A stretch of DNA of 64,000 bases from Candidatus Saganbacteria bacterium (lineage in GTDB: Bacteria; Margulisbacteria; WOR-1; O2-12-FULL-45-9; XYB2-FULL-48-7), in NCBI GenBank assembly GCA_016939335.1, contig JAFGHC010000039.1, forward strand, positions 2,376-66,375, given 5' to 3'. Below are positions 45,860 through 54,940 of the stretch, one piece after another. The translations under genes and the position numbers were made by a program. The first letter of the stretch is position 1, and each line of letters begins with the position of its first letter. A model generated the notes under the pieces. That model searched no databases. It saw only the letters and a program-made list of their open reading frames with translations, and was not told where the DNA came from.

Positions 45860-46693
45860 ATGGGCCGAAATTTGGTTTTACTGTTACTGCTCGCTCTGCT
45901 GATCGGCAGTCCGGCCGCCGCATACCAGATCACCGGCGGCGCGGCCAACAGCGGCTCGCTTGCGGGCGGTTCGGCCGGCTACAACATCCAGGGCGCCGGC
46001 TACGGCTCGGCCGGCACGTTCGGCACCAGCAGCGGCTATTCGCTCTTTTCCGGCTCGGCTAACTGGCTGCTCTTGTTCACCACCGCCGCCAGCGCCACGT
46101 TCGATACGCCGGCGATCCTCTCCATCACTCCCGACGCCGGCCCGCCCGGCGCCAAGTTCACCGTCATCGGCAGCAAGTTCGGCGCCGCCCAGGGGGGCAG
46201 TTCACTCGTTTTTGAAAATGATCTCACCCACATCACTTACACGGCTGCCATCCTCTCCTGGAGCGACACGCTGATCGAGGCGATCAGGCCGAACCTGGCG
46301 ACGTCCGGCAGCTACACCGTCAAAGTCATCAGGAGCACGTTCTTGAGCGGCGCCACCTACTTTGTTGATTCAAATGCCGTCGCCCAGCGGATCAACGCCG
46401 CCGCGGCGGGAGAGGCGACCGTCTATCCCAATCCGTTCAACCCGCTGGCGGCGCCGATTAATCTGCTGATCGCCAATACCAGCGGGGCGACTAACGTCGG
46501 CTTTTACATATATGATATGACCGCGGAACTGGTCAGCCGGCAGATCGTCAGCGCCGCCCCTTATTCGGTCACCTGGGACGGCAAGGACCGGTCCGGCGCC
46601 CAGCTGGCCGACGGCGTCTACCTGCTGCGGGTCGTCAACGAAGATACCCATGCCCTGATCGCCAAAGGGAAGATCTTGCTGGTGAAGAAGTAA
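45860..46693 (+). CDS. secreted Gly/Ser-rich protein with an IPT/TIG-like domain and a T9SS-type (Por_Secre_tail-like) C-terminal sorting domain
   Basis: Signal peptide. SITPDAGPPGAKFTVIGSKFG (IPT-like). C-terminal about 85 aa ATVYPNPFNP...VGFYIYDMTAELVSRQIV...VTWDGKDRSGAQLADGVYLLRVVNEDTHALIAKGKILLVKK fits the VYPNP...YD..G......WDG.D..G..L..GVY..R..LL(K) CTD pattern. Confidence 0.65.
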   Translation: MGRNLVLLLLLALLIGSPAAAYQITGGAANSGSLAGGSAGYNIQGAGYGSAGTFGTSSGYSLFSGSANWLLLFTTAASATFDTPAILSITPDAGPPGAKFTVIGSKFGAAQGGSSLVFENDLTHITYTAAILSWSDTLIEAIRPNLATSGSYTVKVIRSTFLSGATYFVDSNAVAQRINAAAAGEATVYPNPFNPLAAPINLLIANTSGATNVGFYIYDMTAELVSRQIVSAAPYSVTWDGKDRSGAQLADGVYLLRVVNEDTHALIAKGKILLVKK

Positions 46694-46694
46694 A

Positions 46695-48515
46695 ATGAAA
46701 CAATTCATGATTTTAGCTTTGTGCCTCTGCCTGGCCTCCGCCGCCGGGGCGGTGGGCAGCCTTAGCGATCCGCTGGCGATCGGCGTCGGCGCGCGCGCCC
46801 TCGGCATGGGGAAAGCTTACGTCGGCCTGGCGGAGAACAGCGACGCCCTCTTCATGAACCCGGCCGGGTTGGCCCGGATCAACGGCCTGCAGTTCTCCAG
46901 CATGTCCGGCTCGCTGCTCGGCGAGGTCAATTACCAGCTCGGCGGCGTGGTCTATCCGCTCGGCGGCCTTGGCACGGTCGGCTTCGGCTACGTCGGCACT
47001 TCGGTCGGCGGCATCCAGTTCACCGACGCGACCGCCGCGCCGACGGGGACCGGCGACTGGGGCAATAGCGTCATGTTCCTCTCCTACGGTTCACAGTTGC
47101 TCAATACGCCGCTCCTCTTCGGCGGCAGCCTCAAGTACTTTAAGGTCGGGGGGAGCGGCACGGCCGACGCGGTCTCCGCCGCCGGCTCCGGCTACGACCT
47201 CGACCTCGGCCTGCTTTATCCGGTGAACGGCTTCACTACGCTCGGCGCCAACTGGCAGGACTGCCTCCCCGCTTCGCTCGGCGGCAAGATCAGCAAGACG
47301 GCGGGCGACGAAAATATCCCCGCCACGTTGAAGCTGGGCGGCAAGATGACCTTGCTCGGCCGGGAAGGAGAGGCGCTGCTGGCCAGCAATTCGCGCCGCC
47401 TCTACGGCTGTCTGGATTACGATCTCTGTCAGAATTCCGGTAAGACCGGCGCGCTCCACGCCGGGCTCGAATTCTGGCCGAGCCGCAATTTCGCGTTGCG
47501 GGCCGGCAGCGACAGGAGCGACCTGACCGCCGGGGTCGGCCTCCGCTTCTCCGGCTTTGAGTTCGATTACGCCTACCATCTCTACGGCGAGATCAGCGAG
47601 AACGCCACCCATTACTTCTCGCTCGCTTACCTCGGGGAGGGGCCGACCGAGCTCAACGTGAAACTGAATACGCCGCGCGACCATATGGTGGTTTACGACG
47701 ACCATGTTTCGCTCTCGGGCCAGGTCAAGGCGCTGACCGATGACGGCTGGGAAAAAGACGGGCCGTTCAAGGTCAAGGTCAACGGCCAGCCGCTCCAGCT
47801 CCTTCCCGGCAACAGTTTTGAGAGCGAAGTGCCGGTCGAGAGTTACGGCAAGAAGAAGCTGGTTGTCGAGGTCGTCGACGACGGCGGCAACCGCCGCGTG
47901 GCCGAGCTCGAGATCGTCCGGCTGACCGCCTTCGCCGACGTGCCCGACGGCTACTGGGCGAAACAGTCGATCGAACGGAACGGCACGCTCGGGCTGGTCC
48001 CCGGCTACGCCGACGGCACGTTCAAGCCGGAAAACCCGCTGACCCGGGCCGACATGGTCGCGCTCCTCCTGCGCGCCAAAGGTTTGACCCCGCCGGCCGA
48101 AGGGACCGCCAAGGCCGTGTTCAAAGATGTTAAGCCCGATTTCTGGGCGGCCAAATACCTTGAGCTGGCCTGGAAAGAAGGGCTGGTCAGGGGCTATCCC
48201 GACGGCACTTTCCGGCCGAACAATCACACTTCGCGGGTCGAGAGCGTCGTGCTGATGACCCGGTTTGACGGGGTCCGGCCGGTCGCGATGGTCGAGGGAA
48301 GACCGTACAATGATGTTGCGGCCGACCACTGGGCGGCCGGCTCCGTTGCCGCCGCGCGCGACGCGGGGATGATCGGCTTCACTTCAGCCAACCGCTTGGA
48401 ACCGCAGGCCGCGGTCACCCGCTCGCAGCTCGCCGACATGTTCTCCCGCACGGCGGTGGCGGGCGGCCGGATCAAAGACCTCCTGACCTGGGAAAAAGGC
48501 CGGACCGGCTACTAA
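46695..48515 (+). CDS. outer-membrane PorV/FadL-like beta-barrel fused to three C-terminal SLH domains
   Basis: Signal peptide. GVGARALGMGKAYVGLAENSDALFMNPAGLA (same signature as the sppA N-domain). Barrel about 300 aa ending ...HYFSLAYL. Ig-like linker, then three SLH repeats (FADVPDGYWAKQSIER..., FKDVKPDFWAAKYLELAWKEGLVRGYPDGTFRPN..., YNDVAADHWAAGSVAAARDAGMI...). Confidence 0.7.
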   Translation: MKQFMILALCLCLASAAGAVGSLSDPLAIGVGARALGMGKAYVGLAENSDALFMNPAGLARINGLQFSSMSGSLLGEVNYQLGGVVYPLGGLGTVGFGYVGTSVGGIQFTDATAAPTGTGDWGNSVMFLSYGSQLLNTPLLFGGSLKYFKVGGSGTADAVSAAGSGYDLDLGLLYPVNGFTTLGANWQDCLPASLGGKISKTAGDENIPATLKLGGKMTLLGREGEALLASNSRRLYGCLDYDLCQNSGKTGALHAGLEFWPSRNFALRAGSDRSDLTAGVGLRFSGFEFDYAYHLYGEISENATHYFSLAYLGEGPTELNVKLNTPRDHMVVYDDHVSLSGQVKALTDDGWEKDGPFKVKVNGQPLQLLPGNSFESEVPVESYGKKKLVVEVVDDGGNRRVAELEIVRLTAFADVPDGYWAKQSIERNGTLGLVPGYADGTFKPENPLTRADMVALLLRAKGLTPPAEGTAKAVFKDVKPDFWAAKYLELAWKEGLVRGYPDGTFRPNNHTSRVESVVLMTRFDGVRPVAMVEGRPYNDVAADHWAAGSVAAARDAGMIGFTSANRLEPQAAVTRSQLADMFSRTAVAGGRIKDLLTWEKGRTGY

Positions 48516-48604
48516 GCCCGGCCTCGCCGCCCCCCGCTCCGCATCGAATCCTTGGCACTAAATTCTCCGCGCTGTGCTATAATCCCGGCCAGAGGTGAGC
48601 TTAA

Positions 48605-49636
48605 ATGAAAAAGAAAGCCCTGGTCTCCGCCGTCTTTGGCCCGGTAATGATCGTTGCCTGCGTTCTGCTCGTCGTTCACGGTTGCGGCCAGACGGGAGGG
48701 GGCGGCAGTGCCGGCATCCAGTCGATCAGTTTTTACAGCGTGGGGGCCAGCACCACCCCCGTTTTTGATCCGCTCGCTTCGGCCTCTGCTGCCATCTCCG
48801 GCGGCTGGGGTTCGGGCAATACCATGTATGCGCTTTATTACACGCTCCGGGAATATGTCAACAGCCGCGACGGCGGCACGATCGACCGGGCGAACCTTTA
48901 CCGTCTGCTCTACGACGTTGAAACGCTTTTCAGCGCCATGACCCACCAGGTCGTTGCCTTGCCGTCGGCGGAGGTGATCGCGCCGCCGTTCGATTTCGGC
49001 AATAATCTTGCCTATTCGGCCGCGCTCAATAACGAGACCGAAAAAATGGCCGCCGCCATGACCCAGGAAGGGAACGTTACTAAAGGGATCGTTTCCTGGA
49101 TCTGGACCGAAAGCTCCGACGGCCACAAAGAGTACGGCGTCCTCGAGGCGGTGATGGACCAGAGCACCAAGGATATCACCGTCGATTTCGTCTTCAGCGT
49201 CGATTACACACCGGGCGACACGACTTGCGATTACAACAACCGGACCCATATTTCCGGCAACTCCGATACGCACGCTTTCCAGTTCGTCCAGACGCTCGGC
49301 AACACCGGCGAGGCCGTCACCCAGCTGGTCGGCAAGGGCGTTTCCCGGGGGGCGGGGAACTATTTCCTCTTCAAGGTGCAGAGCAGCAACGGCGACGGCT
49401 TCGGTTCGCCGCTCTACGTGGTGCTGAGCGCCGAAGCGGACGAGGCGACGCTCAAGAACTTCGACGTTTCCGCCGAAGCGTATAGCAGCGCGGCCAGCCT
49501 GCCGGCCAGCGTGGCGTCTTATGTGAATTATGTCGAGAACACGCCGTTCTTCGCCTGGTCGGACCTTTTGGTCGATCTCAACGACCTTAATCGCGGCATC
49601 ACCGGCAAACAGGGCACGATCTATCTTAATTACTGA
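48605..49636 (+). CDS. hypothetical lipoprotein/secreted protein
   Basis: Signal peptide with lipobox-like LVVHGCG, then a Gly-rich linker GQTGGGGSAG; 343 aa; no known domain. Confidence 0.5.
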   Translation: MKKKALVSAVFGPVMIVACVLLVVHGCGQTGGGGSAGIQSISFYSVGASTTPVFDPLASASAAISGGWGSGNTMYALYYTLREYVNSRDGGTIDRANLYRLLYDVETLFSAMTHQVVALPSAEVIAPPFDFGNNLAYSAALNNETEKMAAAMTQEGNVTKGIVSWIWTESSDGHKEYGVLEAVMDQSTKDITVDFVFSVDYTPGDTTCDYNNRTHISGNSDTHAFQFVQTLGNTGEAVTQLVGKGVSRGAGNYFLFKVQSSNGDGFGSPLYVVLSAEADEATLKNFDVSAEAYSSAASLPASVASYVNYVENTPFFAWSDLLVDLNDLNRGITGKQGTIYLNY

Positions 49637-49637
49637 C

Positions 49638-50351
49638 CTGAGGCTTAAATTCACTGCCGGCATTTTGCTCCTGATGCTGGCCGCGCCCGCGCCGGCGGAA
49701 ACGGTCATCGACCGCAAGCTCTCCCTCGGCGGCAAGCTGGCCGCCGGCAACACCGACCTCCAGTCGGTCAGCTTCGTCTTCCGGCTCAACCGGAACCGGC
49801 GGCTGACCGACGAGACGACGCTCAAGGGGCGGTTCGACCGCGAGTACGCCGACGGGCTGGAAACGGCTTACAAGCTTTACGGCTCCGGCCGCTACGCCCG
49901 CTCCTGGAACGAGCGGCTGTACAATTATTATAAGCTGGAAGCGGAGCACGACCGGTTCCAGGACATCGCCCTCCGGCTGATCCCAACGGTCGGCCTCGGC
50001 TACTGGTTCGCGACCGGCGCGGAGGAGAGCGCCATGATCGAGGCGGCGGCCGGCTACCAGTGGGAAAGCCTGATCAGCCGTGAGGAGCGGGACGTTCTCC
50101 TCCTGACCGTCAGCGCCGATTACGGCCGCGGGCCGTTCTCCAACGACTTCGACCTCTACCTGGCGGCCGGCGACCTTGCCAATTACCGTTTCACCAACCT
50201 GGCCGGGCTGGCCGCCAGGCTGAACGGCCGCTTCGCCCTCAAGCTGACGCTCAAGGAAGAGTACAACAACCGGCCCGCCGCCGGCGTCGAACGCAACGAC
50301 CTGGTCCTGACCGTGGCGCTGGAGTATTCGTCCAGGGGCCAAGAAGAGTGA
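49638..50351 (+). CDS. DUF481 (YdiY-like) outer-membrane beta-barrel protein; start uncertain
   Basis: Signal-like LKFTAGILLLMLAAPAPAETV, then DUF481-type repeats, C-terminal aromatic-rich strand LTVALEYSS. The track ORF begins at 49530 inside the previous gene; the true start is probably a non-ATG codon near 49638-49665. Confidence 0.5.
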   Translation: MRLKFTAGILLLMLAAPAPAETVIDRKLSLGGKLAAGNTDLQSVSFVFRLNRNRRLTDETTLKGRFDREYADGLETAYKLYGSGRYARSWNERLYNYYKLEAEHDRFQDIALRLIPTVGLGYWFATGAEESAMIEAAAGYQWESLISREERDVLLLTVSADYGRGPFSNDFDLYLAAGDLANYRFTNLAGLAARLNGRFALKLTLKEEYNNRPAAGVERNDLVLTVALEYSSRGQEE

Positions 50352-50422
50352 GCCGGGGAACATTGTCACCGCAGCGGGCCGCTGTTCATTATGAGTTTTA
50401 GTTGTGCTAAAATAGCGGTAAG

Positions 50423-51217
50423 ATGCTGATCTGGATAATCGCCAGCACGGTCGTTATCAGTCTTTTCTCCCTCGCCGGGGTGGCCGCCCTCGGCCTGAAG
50501 GAAAAGACGTTAAAAGAGCTGCTGCTCCTCCTGGTCGGTTTTTCCGCCGGCGCGCTGGCGGGGGGCGCTTTCCTTCATTTGCTGCCGGAGGCGCTTGAAG
50601 AGCTGCCGGCGGGACGGGCGTTCGTTTACGCCCTGCTCGGTTTCTCGCTTTTCTTCCTGATGGAGCGGCTCTTCTACTGGCGCCACTGCCACAAAGGGAA
50701 GTGCGACGTCCACGCCTTCACCTATCTCAACCTCTTCGGCGACGGCCTGCACAACTTTATCGACGGCCTGGTCATCGCCGCCAGCTTCCTCGGCGGCCTC
50801 CCGCTCGGGATCGCGACCAGCGTCGCGGTCGCCTCGCACGAGATCCCGCAGGAGCTGGGCGACTTCGGGGTCCTCGTCTACGGAGGTTTTCCCGTCGGCC
50901 GGGCGCTGTTTTTTAACCTGCTTTCGGCCCTGACGGCGGTCGCGGGCGGGGTCGCTGGCTTTTATCTCTCGTCGGCCGTGGCCGGCCTGGCCGTGGCGCT
51001 GCTGCCGTTCACCGCCGGCGGCTTTATCTACATCGCGGCTTCCGACCTGATCCCGGAGCTCCACAAGGAAAAGGACAACCGCAAGGCCAACCTGGCGTTC
51101 GTCCTTTTTCTCCTCGGGTTGCTTTTTATGTGGGGGATGACGTTTTTGGCCGGCCATGACCATGCCGGCGGTCACGCGGAAAATCATCCCGCTCTTAGCC
51201 GGCAGCACGCCCGGTAA
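50423..51217 (+). CDS. zupT: ZIP-family metal transporter
   Basis: HEIPQELGDFGVL signature and His-rich HCHKGKCDVH loop; eight predicted TM segments. Confidence 0.8.
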   Translation: MLIWIIASTVVISLFSLAGVAALGLKEKTLKELLLLLVGFSAGALAGGAFLHLLPEALEELPAGRAFVYALLGFSLFFLMERLFYWRHCHKGKCDVHAFTYLNLFGDGLHNFIDGLVIAASFLGGLPLGIATSVAVASHEIPQELGDFGVLVYGGFPVGRALFFNLLSALTAVAGGVAGFYLSSAVAGLAVALLPFTAGGFIYIAASDLIPELHKEKDNRKANLAFVLFLLGLLFMWGMTFLAGHDHAGGHAENHPALSRQHAR

Positions 51218-51223
51218 ATCCTC

Positions 51224-51252
51224 TTGACAAGGCGCGCGGCGGCTTTTATACT
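51224..51252 (+). promoter_or_regulatory. putative sigma70 promoter of feoAB
   Basis: TTGACA (51224-51229), 17-nt spacer, TATACT (51247-51252). Confidence 0.45.
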
Positions 51253-51257
51253 AAAAG

Positions 51258-51271
51258 TTAGGCATACCTAA
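51258..51271 (+). promoter_or_regulatory. putative DtxR/IdeR-type metalloregulator operator (TTAGGCATACCTAA)
   Basis: Perfect inverted repeat TTAGG-CATA-CCTAA directly downstream of the -10. Half-sites match the TTAGG...CCTAA iron-box half-sites. The DtxR-like regulator gene is 2 kb downstream. Confidence 0.4.
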
Positions 51272-51294
51272 TAAATGGAAAGAAGTAACGGGCA

Positions 51295-51540
51295 ATGGCT
51301 AAAAAAATGATCGTTTCGCTGGCGGAGATGAGGGTGGGGGAGGGCGGCCTGGTGGCCGGGTTCGCCGCCGGCCGCGGGGCGGCCCATCGTTTCGTGGCGC
51401 TGGGGATCAGGGTGGGGCGGCCGATCACCAAAAAAAGCCGGGGGCTCTTCGGGGGGCCGGTGATCGTCCAGGCCGGCGGCACGCAGATCGGCCTGGGGCG
51501 CGGCATGGCCCGCAAGGTGATGGTCGAGGTGGAACGGTGA
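51295..51540 (+). CDS. feoA: ferrous iron transport protein A
   Basis: 81 aa; SLAEMRVGEGGLVAGF...GIRVGRPITK SH3-like FeoA pattern. Confidence 0.8.
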   Translation: MAKKMIVSLAEMRVGEGGLVAGFAAGRGAAHRFVALGIRVGRPITKKSRGLFGGPVIVQAGGTQIGLGRGMARKVMVEVER

Positions 51541-53270
51541 AAAAGATACTGCTGATGGGGAATCCCAACGTCGGCAAGAGCGCCTTCTTCTCCCGCCTGA
51601 CCGGCGTCGAGGTCATCACCTCCAATTACCCCGGCACGACCGTCGAGTACACCCGGGGCTACGCGCTGATCGCCGGCGAAAAATACGAGGTCCTTGATGT
51701 GCCGGGCACCTACACGCTGGAGCCGACCTGCAAGGCGGAAGAGATCGCCCGCGAGATGCTCAAGGAGGCCGTCAGCCGGATGGTCGGCGAAGCTGATATC
51801 GTCATCAATATCGTGGACGCCACCAATCTGGAGCGGAACCTTTACCTGACGCTGGAATTGCTGGAGCGGCCGCTGCCGGTGATCGTTGCCCTGAACCTGT
51901 GGGACGAAGCCAGGCACCACGGCATCGAGATCGACGTCGAAAAATTAAAGGAATGGCTGCGCGTCCCGGTGGTGCCGACCGTGGCGGTGACCGGCGAGGG
52001 TTTTATCGGCCTGAACACCGAGATCTACAAGGCTTACGCCCCCCGGGTGCGCCCCCATTCCGCCGAAGAGCGGTTGCTCGATGTCGGCAAATTGGTCAAG
52101 GACGTCCAAACGATCCATTACCGGCGCCACACGCTCCGGGACCGGCTGGAGGAGCTGACGGTCCACCAGCTGACCGGTCTGCCGATCGCGCTGCTGGTCA
52201 TGGTCGCCGCCTTTTTCGTCATCCGGCAGATCGGCGAGGGTTTGATCGGTTATCTGCTGGACCCCGCTTTCGAGAATTTTTACACGCCGCTGCTGATGAA
52301 ATTGAGCGGCTGGCTGGGCGGGGCCGGTTTTTGGCATGACTTGCTGGTGGGCCATCTAATCGCCAGTAAAGTTGATTACCTGCAATCGTTCGGGCTGTTA
52401 AGCACCGCCATCTACATCGAGATCGGGGCGGTACTGCCTTACATTATTGCCTTTTACCTTGTCCTGGGGATACTGGAAGATTCCGGTTATTTGCCCCGCC
52501 TGGCGGTGCTGATGGACAATCTCCTTCACCGGATCGGCCTGCACGGCTTTGCCATCGTGCCGACCCTCTTGGCTTTCGGCTGCAACGTGCCGGGGATCAT
52601 GGCGACCAGGATACTGGAGAGCCGGCGGGAGCGCTTTATCGCTGCCACGCTGATCTCGATCGGCGTTCCCTGCGCGGCGCTCCAGGCGATGATCATCGGC
52701 GTGCTGGGCAAGCATGGCGGCGGGCCGATCGCTATCGTTTACGCAGCGCTCTTCGGCTCCTGGTTCATTCTGGGATTTATCCTGAACCGGCTGCTTCCCG
52801 GTTTCAGCCCGGAGCTTTTGCTCGAGATCCCCCCTTATCGTCTGCCGCCGCTGCGGCTGCTGTTTAAAAAGCTTTGGTGGCGGGTCAAGGCCTTCCTCAA
52901 GGAGGCGCTGCCGATTGTGATGCTTGGCGTCCTGGCCGTGGACCTGCTGTATTTAGCCGGCGTCTTTAATTTACTGATAGGCTTGTTCGCTCCGGTGATG
53001 CGCGGCCTTTTAGGCTTGCCGAAAGAGGCGGTGACGGCGATCATTATCGGTTTCTTGAGAAAAGACGTGGCGGTCGGCCTGCTGCTGCCGCTCGGCCTGT
53101 CGGTCAAACAGCTGATCGTCGGCTGCGTGGTGCTCTCGATGTTCTTCCCCTGCGTGGCGACGTTCGTCGTCCTCTGCCGGGAGCTGGGCTGGCGCGACAT
53201 GCTCAAGTCGACGGCGATCATGATCGCGGCGGCGCTGGCGGCCGGCGGGCTCCTTAATCTGGTCCTCTAA
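51537..53270 (+). CDS. feoB: ferrous iron transport protein B
   Basis: G-domain MGNPNVGKSAFFSRLTG followed by a polytopic membrane domain; 577 aa; start overlaps the feoA stop. Confidence 0.9.
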   Translation: MKKILLMGNPNVGKSAFFSRLTGVEVITSNYPGTTVEYTRGYALIAGEKYEVLDVPGTYTLEPTCKAEEIAREMLKEAVSRMVGEADIVINIVDATNLERNLYLTLELLERPLPVIVALNLWDEARHHGIEIDVEKLKEWLRVPVVPTVAVTGEGFIGLNTEIYKAYAPRVRPHSAEERLLDVGKLVKDVQTIHYRRHTLRDRLEELTVHQLTGLPIALLVMVAAFFVIRQIGEGLIGYLLDPAFENFYTPLLMKLSGWLGGAGFWHDLLVGHLIASKVDYLQSFGLLSTAIYIEIGAVLPYIIAFYLVLGILEDSGYLPRLAVLMDNLLHRIGLHGFAIVPTLLAFGCNVPGIMATRILESRRERFIAATLISIGVPCAALQAMIIGVLGKHGGGPIAIVYAALFGSWFILGFILNRLLPGFSPELLLEIPPYRLPPLRLLFKKLWWRVKAFLKEALPIVMLGVLAVDLLYLAGVFNLLIGLFAPVMRGLLGLPKEAVTAIIIGFLRKDVAVGLLLPLGLSVKQLIVGCVVLSMFFPCVATFVVLCRELGWRDMLKSTAIMIAAALAAGGLLNLVL

Positions 53271-53274
53271 TCCG

Positions 53275-53679
53275 ATGAAGAAACACAGGCTGACGCCGAA
53301 CATGGAGAATTACCTGGAGACGGTGCTCGTCCTGGAGCGGGAGCATGGCCACGCCCACGTCAAGGATATCGCCCAAACGCTCGGGATCAAGATGCCGAGC
53401 GTGACCCAGGCGCTGGGCAAGCTGAAGAAAGCGAGCTTGGTCAACTACGGCCGCTACGGCGCCGTTACTTTAACCGCCCGGGGGAGGGCGATCGGCCGGC
53501 GGTTCATGAAAGACCATCGCGTCCTGGCCCGTTTTTTCCGCGGGGTCCTGGGGGTTGACCCGGCCGTGGCTGAAGAGGACGCCTGCCGGATCGAGCACGT
53601 GATCAGCCGCCGGACGCTGGACAAGCTGGAGAAGTTGAGCCGGCGGCTGGCCGGCGCTAAGCGGCGGAGTAAACGGTGA
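53275..53679 (+). CDS. DtxR/MntR-family metal-dependent transcriptional repressor
   Basis: MENYLETVLVLEREHGHAHVKDIAQTLGIKMPSVTQALGKLKKASLV HTH plus a metal-binding/dimerisation domain; 134 aa. Confidence 0.8.
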   Translation: MKKHRLTPNMENYLETVLVLEREHGHAHVKDIAQTLGIKMPSVTQALGKLKKASLVNYGRYGAVTLTARGRAIGRRFMKDHRVLARFFRGVLGVDPAVAEEDACRIEHVISRRTLDKLEKLSRRLAGAKRRSKR

Positions 53680-54217
53680 ACGACTGCTCCGGGAGGAACG
53701 AATATTCCGCGGTCTTTTTATAGCCGGCCCGCTCCGCTTCGCTGACGATCTTTTCCTGCGGCACATTATGCCCGAAGAACCGCCGGAAGTGGAAAAGACT
53801 GCCGCCCGGTTTATATTCGACGATAGCCAGCCGGCCGTTCGTTTTTAGCTTGGTTTTCAGGCCCGCCAGCAGCGCGACGCGGTCCGTCAAGTGGTGATAG
53901 ACGTTGCGCATGAAGATCAGGTCGAAATGGCTGCCGGGCAAAGTTGAGGCGGCCCCGGCCGGCGCGGTCTTAACGTTATTCAGTCCCCTGGCCTGGCCGA
54001 GCCGCTCGATCAGCCGGAGATGCTCGCGGTCCTTGTCGAGGGCGACGACCTCGCCGGCCGGCCCGACCAGTTCGGCGAAGCGGAGCGCGAAGTAGCCGCC
54101 GCCGGCGCCGTAGTCAAGGGCGTTCTGCCCCGGCCTTAGGCCCAGCGCCCCGATGATCTCGTCCGGCCGGCTTTTCGCGGTGGCGGCTTTCTTGTTGAAC
54201 ATTTCGGCGCGGCACAT
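53657..54217 (-). CDS. class I SAM-dependent methyltransferase
   Basis: ALDYGAGGGYFALRFA motif I and VVALDKD motif II; 186 aa. Confidence 0.75.
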   Translation of the reverse strand: MCRAEMFNKKAATAKSRPDEIIGALGLRPGQNALDYGAGGGYFALRFAELVGPAGEVVALDKDREHLRLIERLGQARGLNNVKTAPAGAASTLPGSHFDLIFMRNVYHHLTDRVALLAGLKTKLKTNGRLAIVEYKPGGSLFHFRRFFGHNVPQEKIVSEAERAGYKKTAEYSFLPEQSFTVYSAA

Positions 54218-54340
54218 GGGAGTATTTTATCATGAGCATAAGCGCTTGACAAACGGAGCGGCCAGGCTGTATAATGTGCGTATGCACGTAACGGATCATC
54301 AGATTATCAGAGTATCAGAATATCAGGGGGAGGGGAGAAC

Positions 54341-54679
54341 ATGACGCCGCGGCAAAGGAAATGGCGTGTTTGCCAGCCGTTCGGCGGGGATGCGTTTTAC
54401 AAGCCGCGCGCCGTCCCTTTGTCCGCTCTGGAGATAATAAAGCTCGGCCATGACGAGGTCGAAGCGATGCGCCTGTGCGATTATGAAGAGCTGGAACAGG
54501 AAGCGGCGGCCCAAAAAATGAATATTTCCCGGGGGACGGTGCAGCGGCTGCTTTATTCCGGCAGGAAAAAGGTCGTCGAGGCGATCACGCGGGCCAGGGC
54601 CTTGCAGATCGAAGGCGGGGAGCACATTGTGCCGCCGGGTTTTGGCGGCCGGGGACGCGGTTGGTGTGGAAGGAGGTGA
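54341..54679 (+). CDS. DUF134 / UPF0251 family predicted DNA-binding protein
   Basis: LSALEIIKLGHDEVEAMRLCDYEELEQEAAAQKMNISRGTVQRLLYSGRKKV: a sigma-70 region-4-like HTH typical of DUF134. Confidence 0.65.
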   Translation: MTPRQRKWRVCQPFGGDAFYKPRAVPLSALEIIKLGHDEVEAMRLCDYEELEQEAAAQKMNISRGTVQRLLYSGRKKVVEAITRARALQIEGGEHIVPPGFGGRGRGWCGRR

Positions 54680-54940
54680 ATGATCATGCCGGGAGGAGAT
54701 GGAACAGGACCGTGGGGCCAGGGGCCGGGGACCGGTTGGGGCCGGGGCGGCTGCGTGCCCTGGGGCCGCGGCGCCCGCGTTGGCCGGGGTCGCGGCGGTT
54801 GGTGGGGCAGGGCGTTCGGAGCGTTTAGGGATGTTTTTGCCCCGTACAATCCCGCTGACGAAGAGGCGGAACTCAAAGCGGAGCGCGACGCGGTCAACGC
54901 GCGGTTAGCGGAGATCGAAAAGGGGAAAAAAGTAAAATGA
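54680..54940 (+). CDS. DUF5320-type glycine-rich small protein
   Basis: MPGGDGTGPWGQGPGTGWGRGGC...GRGRGGWWG followed by a short helical tail EEAELKAERDAVNARLAEIEK. Immediately follows DUF134. Confidence 0.6.
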   Translation: MIMPGGDGTGPWGQGPGTGWGRGGCVPWGRGARVGRGRGGWWGRAFGAFRDVFAPYNPADEEAELKAERDAVNARLAEIEKGKKVK

